This document shows positions 1-7,814 of a stretch of DNA of 64,000 bases, piece after piece. The notes under the pieces are model-generated. The model made no database searches. It saw nothing but the letters and a program-made list of their open reading frames with translations, and was not told the origin of the DNA. A program made the position numbers and the translations under genes. The stretch is from a virus (taxonomy: Duplodnaviria; Caudoviricetes), in IMG/VR virus record IMGVR_UViG_3300037067_011041, positions 1-64,000 of that record. One strand, written 5' to 3'. Numbering within the stretch: the first letter of the stretch is position 1; every line of letters starts with the position of its first letter.

Positions 1-1
1 G

Positions 2-35
2 CGAACGGCCGACGAAACCGCCACCCGCAAGAGGG
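2..35 (+). repeat. 34-bp leader repeat, copy 1 (CGAACGGCCGACGAAACCGCCACCCGCAAGAGGG)
   Basis: Identical to 764-797; both copies end in GAGGG a few nt before an ATG. Confidence 0.9.
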
Positions 36-42
36 TATTCCG

Positions 43-186
43 ATGGTAGGGTTTATTCTGAAACGTCACGCGATAACGAATTTTCGGGAATTGCGGGCCA
101 TCGGTGGGATTAGGCTGGTTGTAGCGGTTCTCCTGGCAAAGCCGGGAACTCCGTTTCTGACGGTTTTTACTTCTGTGTGCCGTTGA
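43..186 (+). CDS. small hypothetical protein (47 aa, MVGFILKRH...)
   Basis: Hand-translated ORF directly after the leader repeat and its GAGGG RBS-like site; below the ORF-track cutoff. Confidence 0.45.
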   Translation: MVGFILKRHAITNFRELRAIGGIRLVVAVLLAKPGTPFLTVFTSVCR

Positions 187-242
187 ACGATCGTGACGAT
201 TGATCCGATAATTCCACCTGAAGCGATTGGAGCGACTGTATC

Positions 243-461
243 ATGAAAACCAACGAAATCAACTGGAACGATTTTGCCGATTGTGTCGAGAATGAGGATG
301 GTGCGGCCGATATGCTTTGTGACCTTTTGACCGAATGTGACCCCTGTCCGGTCTGCGGCTACAATTACGATTGTGCCGATTGTATCGGTGACGCCTTCGA
401 TATCGATTTTGACGATCTTGTCGACGATGACGATGCCGATTTTGACGATCTTGACGGGTGA
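243..461 (+). CDS. very acidic Cys-rich small protein (possible DNA mimic)
   Basis: GGAG RBS upstream; 25 D/E, 1 K, 0 R, 7 C in 72 aa. Confidence 0.7.
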   Translation: MKTNEINWNDFADCVENEDGAADMLCDLLTECDPCPVCGYNYDCADCIGDAFDIDFDDLVDDDDADFDDLDG

Positions 462-699
462 CGTCGTCAGCGGGCCAGCGGGCCAGCGGGCCAGCGGGCC
501 AGCGGGCCAGCGGGCCAGCGGGCCAGCGGGCCAGCGGGTGACGTCGTCAGCGGGCCAGCGGGCCAGCGGGTGACGTCGTCAGCGGGTGACGTCGTCAGCG
601 GGCCGGAGGCCAGCGGGCCGGAGGCCAGCGGGCCGGAGGCCAGCGGGTGACGTCGTCAGCGGGCCGGAGGCCAGCGGGTGACGTCGTCAGCGGGCCGGA
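456..699 (+). repeat. modular tandem array 1 of blocks A=GGGCCAGC, B=GGGCCGGAGGCCAGC, C=GGGTGACGTCGTCAGC
   Basis: Parsed as C A8 C A2 C C B3 C B C + partial B. Confidence 0.95.
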
Positions 700-719
700 A
701 AATATTTCCGGAATTCCGT

Positions 720-747
720 TTGACTTTCGTGCGGGCGCATGCATACT
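720..747 (+). promoter_or_regulatory. sigma70-like early promoter TTGACT-N16-CATACT
   Basis: Same architecture as five other promoters in the window; lies upstream of leader repeat copy 2. Confidence 0.7.
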
Positions 748-763
748 TCAATTGACGGCCGAA

Positions 764-797
764 CGAACGGCCGACGAAACCGCCACCCGCAAGAGGG
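764..797 (+). repeat. 34-bp leader repeat, copy 2
   Basis: Identical to 2-35. Confidence 0.9.
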
Positions 798-805
798 AGA
801 ACGAA

Positions 806-982
806 ATGACCGTCATGACCGATACAACCGGCAAGGACCATGAAATCCATGCGATCGGCAACGTGGTCACACTCCGAAAAATCGGCTGGACCGTCAAAGC
901 CGTCACAACCGAAACGACCGTCAAAGTCGCCAAAGTCCCTACACCCGAAACCGAATGGGACGCCGTATTCGGCCGCCGGTAA
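806..982 (+). CDS. small hypothetical protein (58 aa, MTVMTDTTGK...)
   Basis: GGGAG RBS then ATG at 806, within ORF 647..982. Confidence 0.7.
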   Translation: MTVMTDTTGKDHEIHAIGNVVTLRKIGWTVKAVTTETTVKVAKVPTPETEWDAVFGRR

Positions 983-1007
983 AATCCGCACAACTAGGAA
1001 AATCGCC

Positions 1008-1112
1008 ATGACCCCTACAACCGTCACAACCGCCATAATCCCTCTTTCCCTCCTTTGGTGGTCCTGCCGTCAATTTGCGAACGGCCGGACGTGGACAGCA
1101 CAATCCCTCTAA
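1008..1112 (+). CDS. small hydrophobic hypothetical protein (34 aa)
   Basis: AGGA upstream of ATG 1008; C-terminal part of ORF 840..1112. Confidence 0.4.
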   Translation: MTPTTVTTAIIPLSLLWWSCRQFANGRTWTAQSL

Positions 1113-1171
1113 CCGGAGCAACCGGATGATTAGGGCGCCGCCCGTACAATCCTCACAAAGTGAATATGCTG

Positions 1172-1196
1172 AGCCCCTCGCAAGAGGGGCTATTTC
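1172..1196 (+). terminator. hairpin terminator AGCCCCTC-GCAA-GAGGGGCT
   Basis: 8-bp stem, GNRA loop, short ATTT tail. Confidence 0.6.
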
Positions 1197-1242
1197 ATGC
1201 GCCGAAAACGAGGTGCGATTGTAACGATTGCGCCGAATAATT

Positions 1243-1538
1243 CGTCGTCAGCGGGCCGGAGGCCAGCGGGCCGGAGGCCAGCGGGCCGGAGGCCAGCGGG
1301 TGACGTCGTCAGCGGGCCGGAGGCCAGCGGGTGACGTCGTCAGCGGGCCAGCGGGCCAGCGGGCCAGCGGGCCGGAGGCCAGCGGGTGACGTCGTCAGCG
1401 GGTGACGTCGTCAGCGGGTGACGTCGTCAGCGGGCCGGAGGCCAGCGGGCCGGAGGCCAGCGGGCCAGCGGGTGACGTCGTCAGCGGGCCAGCGGGCCAG
1501 CGGGCCAGCGGGCCAGCGGGCCAGCGGGCCAGCGGGTG
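1243..1538 (+). repeat. modular tandem array 2 (same A/B/C blocks)
   Basis: Parsed as partial C, B3 C B C A3 B C3 B2 A C A6. Confidence 0.95.
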
Positions 1539-1934
1539 CCGACTCCCTACAACCCGCAAACCCGCCCGAATCGGTGCAATAGTGTACATACGTTTTATTT
1601 GCATAGGTGCGCCCCCTCACCGGAGGTAGACTCCGGAATTCCGGCGGATAATCGGAACGATTGACGTAAACCCTTTGACCGTAACAAGTTGAATGGCCTG
1701 TACCCCCTAGTGGCGGGGTGGTTGACGTAAACCCTTTATACGGAACAAGTTGCGTAAAACCCCCCACCGGAGATATTGTCAAATACCTCCGAAGTAGTAG
1801 AATCGATAAGTCTATACGTGGCCGGTATTTACGGAATTCCCCCCACCGGAGGTATTCGATACCCCCTCCTAGTAGTCCTTGGGGGTGTCATCGGCCCACT
1901 TGGGGGATGTACCCCCCATGACTACTAGCGAAAT

Positions 1935-2115
1935 CACCGGAATGGCGCACACGTTCCGTCCCCTCCGGTGGGGGGCGAGCAGACGCAAGTCGTTTGTCGG
2001 TATAAACATAACGATAGGTAAAAACCCCAGCACCGGAACCGGAGCTACAAAAGAGTTCCCCAAGAAAATCGTGCAAAGTGTCATATTTAGTATAGGCCCG
2101 TTTTTCCGACTCCGG
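1935..2115 (+). repeat. dispersed ~180-bp element, copy 1 (copy 2 at 42410-42587)
   Basis: Six collinear conserved blocks, including identical 20-mer and 31-mer, at near-constant offset. Confidence 0.9.
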
Positions 2116-3213
2116 CGCACGACCGATATAGTCGTCAGTCCCCACCCTGGAGGGGGCATGCGATTGGACGTGTTCTACCGCATTTATCGGCAGATCCCGT
2201 CCTGTCACATGTATCGATCGTGACGGATATATCGATCGTGACACCTGTACTGGTAGGCTAGCGGGTAGCGGGTGCACTAATTGTAGTGATTATACGTACA
2301 GTACAATCTGCGTCGTCACAACCCGCACAGTTACTACAATCAATATCCTCGTCATCATCGATACAATCGGCATACCCGCCATAACCATACCATCCAATTC
2401 CCTTGCTACAAGAGCGCTAACCCCTACCATCCATGCAACCAATTGCACTGCATATAGGGGTCATGGCAGGTATGCGGGTTGTAACGATTGTGACCATTGT
2501 GTCACATGTACGGACACCCCCCAGTAGAGTGAGATCAGATTGATACCACCCCGATCGGGTGGTGTAGTCATATTGACGACACCCGCTACAACCCCACCCA
2601 CCCGAATGGGGTATGTATCGAAACGATACACCAGTACGATTGTATGGTATGTATCGATTGTATTTGTTGGTGTGGTTGTGTGGATCTTGTGTGTTGGATG
2701 AATTGGATATCGAGTAGGGATGGTAGCGGGTGGGGTGGTTGTATCGGTGGTAGGGGTGGGTCTAATTGTAGCGAGTGTGAGGGTCGTAGGGATTGGCGGT
2801 CCGTCGCGCCCTTTCGACTGTCCGCTGCCTATTTTCTAAGCGTTGACGCGTCAAGATGTCGTAAGTCGTTATACAGTAAGAGGTTATGACGAGCCCGAGA
2901 ACGCCTAAAGAGTGAGCAACCAGCCCGCTTCCGTGCATGAACCCACCAGCCACAATAATGACCGGCCGGTCACCGAGAAATCACACGGTCAAACCACCCA
3001 AAAGAGTGTATCATAACGATACACTCCCCCAGGAAGAGGGGCAGGTGGTAGGTCAGGAATATGACCGGCCAGTCATAAACGCAAATTGAGTCATGCGAAG
3101 GATTTACGCCGATCCGAGGACGCCAGCGGGTGTCGAAGAATTCCACGCGGCCAAGCGGGTGGTTGACGCGTCAGGGCCGGTTGTGACTATTTTGACGATT
3201 TTTCCGGATTTTA

Positions 3214-3251
3214 CGGGAAATTTCCCCTATTTTGGCTACAATAGGTGTAGA
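3214..3251 (+). promoter_or_regulatory. phage promoter class II: CGGGAAATT-N11-GGCTACAATAGGTGTAGA
   Basis: Same motif and spacing at 42653-42690 (+) and 42221-42258 (-); sits at the head of the late operon. Confidence 0.75.
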
Positions 3252-3266
3252 AGGAATGATTTCAAT

Positions 3267-3779
3267 ATGCAGTGCGAGTATGTCACATCCGTTGGTCAGT
3301 GCAGCAAGCAAGCGACTCCGCCGAGTCGTTTTTGCGACGCTCATTCCGCGACCAACGCGGAGCGCGTAATCAATCAATACCGGATTACCAACTCGCTTCT
3401 TGGCGACCCGATCGACCGGCATGCTCGTGCCAACGAGATCAAGTCGATTCACACCGAGATCGCCATTCTCCGCTCCCTGCTCGAACGCAGGATCAACCAG
3501 TGCGAGACCGAAGCCGACGTCGTCGCAAACACGGCCGTCTTCCAATCCTTGGCCCTGGCAATTGACAAACTGGCCACCTCCTGCCACACGATGGACGTGA
3601 AACTGGGCAACTCGCTCAGCAAGCAGGCAGTCATGAGCCTCGCTCAGAAACTCATTGGAATCATCGACGCCAACGTGCGACCGCTTGCGAACACGACGCC
3701 GTCCACCGAACTGGTCGACGAAACGATCGAGAACATCGGACTGCAAATCGCCTCAGCAATTGCCGCACAAGAGAACTAA
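3267..3779 (+). CDS. probable terminase small subunit (N-terminal Cys/His Zn motif, helical C-terminus)
   Basis: First gene of the late region; C-x7-C-x9-C-x2-H then helical EIAILRSLL segment; positional inference. Confidence 0.5.
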   Translation: MQCEYVTSVGQCSKQATPPSRFCDAHSATNAERVINQYRITNSLLGDPIDRHARANEIKSIHTEIAILRSLLERRINQCETEADVVANTAVFQSLALAIDKLATSCHTMDVKLGNSLSKQAVMSLAQKLIGIIDANVRPLANTTPSTELVDETIENIGLQIASAIAAQEN

Positions 3780-3801
3780 ACCCAAACGAAAAGGTGCTAC
3801 A

Positions 3802-4005
3802 ATGCAAACTGTTGTCGAAACCAAGTCCGTTCTCGCCTCGAAAATGGTGTGGCTGAACCTCGTGACCCTCGCCGCCGGTATTGCCGGGTATGTGGCTGGT
3901 GCCGAAGTCATGCAGGACTATGCTTCCGTCGTCGCCATCGCCGTCGCGGTGCAAGGCGCCCTCAACATCGTGCTGCGGTTCCTCACGACCCAGCCGATCA
4001 ACTAG
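3802..4005 (+). CDS. holin-like two-TM membrane protein
   Basis: KSVLASKMVWLN...NIVLRFLTTQPI pattern typical of small phage holins; two hydrophobic segments. Confidence 0.6.
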   Translation: MQTVVETKSVLASKMVWLNLVTLAAGIAGYVAGAEVMQDYASVVAIAVAVQGALNIVLRFLTTQPIN

Positions 4006-4021
4006 CCAGAAACTCAAGCCC

Positions 4022-4054
4022 ATGAACGGCAGTTCACCATGAACTGCCGTTCAT
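4022..4054. terminator. perfect 15-bp hairpin ATGAACGGCAGTTCA-CCA-TGAACTGCCGTTCAT
   Basis: Perfect inverted repeat after the holin-like gene; no U-tract. Confidence 0.55.
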
Positions 4055-4196
4055 CATTCACCAAGGTTTAACATGCTTCGCCAACTTCGACTCCGCTTCC
4101 TGGACCTGCGACTCGCCATTCTCATGTGGCGAATCAACCGTCTGCTCAATCGGTACGAACGGCTCTGCAAACGCTACAACAGGCTTTCAGACTGAC

Positions 4197-4349
4197 ATGG
4201 ACAAAGAACAAGAAATCGCCCGACTTCGAGAACAAGTCGCGCAACACATGTACGCCGGGAACTACTACCTCGCTTCCCGATACCTGAGTCTCATCGAAGA
4301 TGTTGAACGTGACGGGCAAGACGGAGTCTGTGCCTGCAACCCGTACTAG
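4197..4349 (+). CDS. small hypothetical protein (MDKEQEIARL...)
   Basis: Hand-translated, packed between neighbouring short ORFs. Confidence 0.4.
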   Translation: MDKEQEIARLREQVAQHMYAGNYYLASRYLSLIEDVERDGQDGVCACNPY

Positions 4350-4359
4350 TCGGTGAACC

Positions 4360-4545
4360 ATGAACCAAGCTTTCTGCGAATGCGGACGCGAGTGTGAATG
4401 GCCGGAGAAGTCTCTTCAGGCCGTCTGCAAATGCGGAAAGATCTTGGACCCAATGACCCGCAGTGAGTTGATAATCGCACAACGAGTGCACTTTGAACGG
4501 CGTGCCTGGATTATTGTGCACCATCCTGACTGCTTCCGCCTCTGA
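4360..4545 (+). CDS. small Cys-rich hypothetical protein
   Basis: ORF track; CECG...CKCG. Confidence 0.45.
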   Translation: MNQAFCECGRECEWPEKSLQAVCKCGKILDPMTRSELIIAQRVHFERRAWIIVHHPDCFRL

Positions 4546-4554
4546 GGACCAATT

Positions 4555-5028
4555 TTGGAGACAAAGCGACCCGTCCCTCCAGAACATTGCGGTGAATTAT
4601 ACCTGCCTTGCGGACCTTGTGTTACCACTGAAACACACAAACGATGCAGCCGATGTGGAGAATGGCTCCTTCACGTTGAATTCGGCAGGTCAAAGAACAG
4701 GCCATTCGGCATAAAGGATCTATGCCGTCAGTGCGTGAAAAGCGAATCAATCAGTACGAAAGTACAAAGGGCAAACGCACTAATAAAACGAAAGTACGGC
4801 ATAACCTTGTCTGATTACGACAAGATGCTGGAAAAACAAAACGGCCAATGTGCCATTTGTGGCACGCGAAAAGTTCCTAACTGCGGACGTTTCGTTGTAG
4901 ACCATGACCACAGTAGCGGGAAAATACGCGGTTTGCTTTGTTCAAACTGCAACACCGGGCTTGGCTTGCTTGGCGACGACCCGCAAACCCTAGAAAGCGC
5001 CTTAACCTATCTGAGGAAACATACATGA
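4555..5028 (+). CDS. endonuclease VII-family (HNH-type) nuclease
   Basis: KYGIT...Q.G.CAIC...VDHDH.SGKIRGLLC.NCN.GLG motif. Confidence 0.9.
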   Translation: METKRPVPPEHCGELYLPCGPCVTTETHKRCSRCGEWLLHVEFGRSKNRPFGIKDLCRQCVKSESISTKVQRANALIKRKYGITLSDYDKMLEKQNGQCAICGTRKVPNCGRFVVDHDHSSGKIRGLLCSNCNTGLGLLGDDPQTLESALTYLRKHT

Positions 5029-5720
5029 ACCGCTACCTCGCCTCGTTCACTCTCTTGCTATGCCTTGCCAGTGCCACCCTTCTTGGTGCCCAGGACAAAA
5101 CCCCTGTCGCGAAAGCGACCGTCCCAGCCAAGGTCGAGGCGAAAGTCGTGCTTTCTGCACCGTCTGTCTGTCGTATTGGAGAACTGGTACGCCTGGATGT
5201 CTCTGAGTCTGTAGCCGATTCTTTCAAATGGCTCCTTGTTCCGCAGTCTCAAGATTGGCTTACATACGAGGGCGGAGCGAAAGCCGTTTTTTCTGCAAGA
5301 ACTGCCGGTGATTACCAATTCATTGTTGCCGTGGCAAAGGACGGGTCCGTCGATGTTGTTACGTGGGTTGTGAAGGTCATGGAGCCGCCCAGCGAGCCCG
5401 CTGTTGACGCTTCGCTCGTCGAGTGGATTCCTTACTGGAACTGGACTCTCGGCCTTCCCCAGGACGAATGCAAGGCCCTCGCGGCAAGTTTTGAAGCGAT
5501 CGCTGCAAATGTCAATGACCTTGACGACCCCCAGGAATGGATCAAGGCCACGGCCAAAGCAAACCGAGAGGTATTGGGCGAACGCCTAGACGCATGGAAA
5601 CCGATGCTCGACAAAATCGGCGCAGTTTTGCTTGAGCGGGCACAATCCGGCGCTCTCGCGACGCCCGAAGACCACGCGAAAATGTGGAAAGAGATCGCAG
5701 CGGGCCTTAACGCCTGCTAA
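5025..5720 (+). CDS. exported hypothetical protein (Sec signal, Ig/PKD-like plus helical domain)
   Basis: MNRYLASFTLLLCLASATLLGA signal; ATGA overlap with the previous gene. Confidence 0.7.
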   Translation: MNRYLASFTLLLCLASATLLGAQDKTPVAKATVPAKVEAKVVLSAPSVCRIGELVRLDVSESVADSFKWLLVPQSQDWLTYEGGAKAVFSARTAGDYQFIVAVAKDGSVDVVTWVVKVMEPPSEPAVDASLVEWIPYWNWTLGLPQDECKALAASFEAIAANVNDLDDPQEWIKATAKANREVLGERLDAWKPMLDKIGAVLLERAQSGALATPEDHAKMWKEIAAGLNAC

Positions 5721-5763
5721 AACAGCCGAAAATCAGCCGAAAATCAGTCAAAAACAGCCAAAA
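5719..5763 (+). repeat. imperfect 11-bp tandem repeat (AAAA[T]CAGCCG-like) x4
   Basis: AAAACAGCCGAAAATCAGCCGAAAATCAGTCAAAAACAGCCAAAA. Confidence 0.7.
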
Positions 5764-5783
5764 GGGCAGCGGGAGAGTTGAAA

Positions 5784-7802
5784 ATGGACCGACGAACCGT
5801 CTTGAAGAACCTCGCTCTGTCTGCGAGCGCCCTTCTTCTGCCGCGATCTGTTCAGGCCGCGTTGAGAGACACTGTCTCGGACGTTGGCGACCAGTATGGC
5901 TGGAATGACGACCAGGAAAGTTTGAAGTCGTTCATTCGACGGCACCGATATCCGTTCGTTGCACAGCAAAATCAAGCAATCAGAGGCTCTGGAAAGGGCA
6001 AATCGGCCTTTCTGCACCTCGCTTTTGAGCGTGTGACGGGAAAACCGTACGTTCCGCACCGTCAAGGGGCCCCAGATTGTGTGTCGCAAGCCGCCGCACT
6101 CGGGGTAGACTTCCTTTCGGCCGTGCAAATCGTACTGAAACGAATGCCGCAGAGGTGGGTAGCCAAGGCCGCCACCGAGCCGATTTACGGTGGCTCACGT
6201 GTTGAGATCGGTAACCCGCGAGGCCCCGGATCGACCGGACACTGGGCCGCCGAATGGCTGGTCAAGTATGGAGTCCTCCTTCGACAGCAGTACCCTGGTG
6301 ACTTCGATTTCACCGTCTACGACGCCAAGAAGGCCGTTGCGATGGGGAATACGGGCTGTCCGGACGCCCTTGAGCCAATTGCGAAGCTTCATCCGGTCAA
6401 AGAGACGGCAATTTGCACGTCTTATGCCGACCTGTGCGACCTGATTTACAATGGTTCTCCCGTAATGGTGTGCTCGAACGTCGGCTTTGGCCCCACGGGC
6501 GGCGTCCCGCTGAAGAGAGACTCGCAAGGCTTCCTTACCCGCAAGCGACGCGGCTGGTCGCACGCCATGCTGTTCGCTGGCTATGACGATGAGTTTGAGC
6601 GTCCTGGCGCCTTGTGCTTCAATTCCTGGGGCTGCTTTGACGAGCAGACAGAAATCCTAACCGACCAAGGTTGGAAGCTTTTCAAAAATCTCAATCGAAC
6701 CGAGAAAGTGGCCACACTGAACAAGCAACATGAGTTGGAATATCAACTGCCAACTCAATATCACAGATATCCCTATGCTGGGCATCTTTGGCATTACAAA
6801 TCAAGAGACATCGATTTTGCGGTCACGCCGAATCACAATTTGTACTGTGCTACTCGCGGAAGCGATAAATGGGTGCACAAACGTGCTGACGAATGTCACA
6901 AAAGCGTCAAATTCAAGAAGAACGCAAAGAACACAAACCCAGATGTAAAATGGCATAATGTCGGAGGCACCCAAGTTGAAATGGATTTGTGGCTTGAATT
7001 TCTTGGCTACTGGCTGGCAGAAGGCTCAGCCAGTGAGAAGCAAGCCTGGAATAAAGGCAAAAAGTGGGGCTTTCGACGCGTAGTTTCAGTTGCTCAGAAA
7101 AAGAAACACAACAGAAAAACCATTTGGAAATGTCTTCAACGGCTTCCATTTAAGTTCACTAAGCATAGACGTCACTTTTCACACACACAAAAGTCCTCGC
7201 TGGTTCGTGAATTGATTCCATTCGGTTATTCCCATGAAAAGTACATTCCCGATTATGTGTGGCGATGTTCAGATCGACAGTTGAAAATCTTCTATGCCGC
7301 TCTAATGCGTGGCGACGGAACACAAAGCAAAGGGCCTACAGGAGTCAAGCGTGCCTACTATACGTCGTCCAAGCAACTGGCAAGTGATTTTCAACGCCTT
7401 CTCTTGCACTGCGGCCTGTGTGGAGATATTTCGTCTACCAACCGGGTTGGACGAAAGGCGGGAGAAAACAACACAACTCGACACATTGAATACCGGGTCG
7501 GAATAAAGGTCAAGGCTTTCGAGCAGGCAGTGAGATACACACCTATTTTACTGCCTTATGAAGGCGAAGTATTCTGTGTCTCCGTGCCAAATCGCACAAT
7601 ATACACTCGTCGCAACGGCCGCGCGGTTTGGATGGGTAACTCAGACTGGGTCACAGGGCCGACGAGAGGCCCGCAACCAGCAAGCACTTTTTGGATCGAC
7701 GCAACAACTGTCGACAGCATGCTGAGAGTCGGGGATTCCTTTGCGTTCAGTGCATACGTCGGGTTTCCGCGAGTAGTAATTTCACCCTATGTCCTTCACT
7801 AG
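5784..7802 (+). CDS. Tat-exported papain-like (C1) cysteine peptidase containing an intein
   Basis: DRRTVLK twin-arginine signal; Q-G-x3-C (QGAPDC), WSHAM and NSWG catalytic motifs. Confidence 0.85.
   Translation: MDRRTVLKNLALSASALLLPRSVQAALRDTVSDVGDQYGWNDDQESLKSFIRRHRYPFVAQQNQAIRGSGKGKSAFLHLAFERVTGKPYVPHRQGAPDCVSQAAALGVDFLSAVQIVLKRMPQRWVAKAATEPIYGGSRVEIGNPRGPGSTGHWAAEWLVKYGVLLRQQYPGDFDFTVYDAKKAVAMGNTGCPDALEPIAKLHPVKETAICTSYADLCDLIYNGSPVMVCSNVGFGPTGGVPLKRDSQGFLTRKRRGWSHAMLFAGYDDEFERPGALCFNSWGCFDEQTEILTDQGWKLFKNLNRTEKVATLNKQHELEYQLPTQYHRYPYAGHLWHYKSRDIDFAVTPNHNLYCATRGSDKWVHKRADECHKSVKFKKNAKNTNPDVKWHNVGGTQVEMDLWLEFLGYWLAEGSASEKQAWNKGKKWGFRRVVSVAQKKKHNRKTIWKCLQRLPFKFTKHRRHFSHTQKSSLVRELIPFGYSHEKYIPDYVWRCSDRQLKIFYAALMRGDGTQSKGPTGVKRAYYTSSKQLASDFQRLLLHCGLCGDISSTNRVGRKAGENNTTRHIEYRVGIKVKAFEQAVRYTPILLPYEGEVFCVSVPNRTIYTRRNGRAVWMGNSDWVTGPTRGPQPASTFWIDATTVDSMLRVGDSFAFSAYVGFPRVVISPYVLH
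6633..7640 (+). mobile_element. intein with LAGLIDADG homing endonuclease (336 aa)
   Basis: CFDEQTEILTDQGW N-terminus, TPNH block B, LGYWLAEGS and LMRGDG LAGLIDADG motifs, ...GRAVWMGN followed by +1 Ser. Confidence 0.92.
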
Positions 7803-7814
7803 GTGGCAACACCA

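Noticed and set aside
456-1538. CRISPR array
   Set aside because: No unique spacers; blocks abut directly and no cas genes are present
337-1782. ORFs reading through the repeat arrays (SGPAGQRA, PLARWPAG etc.)
   Set aside because: By-products of GC-rich repeats lacking stop codons; no RBS; block lengths 8 and 16 are not frame-preserving
1869-2277. Paralogous peptides TGTG..KEFPKKIVQS here and at 42360-42683
   Set aside because: Identity is in nucleotide blocks with non-triplet offset changes and no RBS; better explained as a cis element
4555-5028. Group I intron around endonuclease VII
   Set aside because: Flanking ORFs do not form one interrupted gene and no intron core was recognisable
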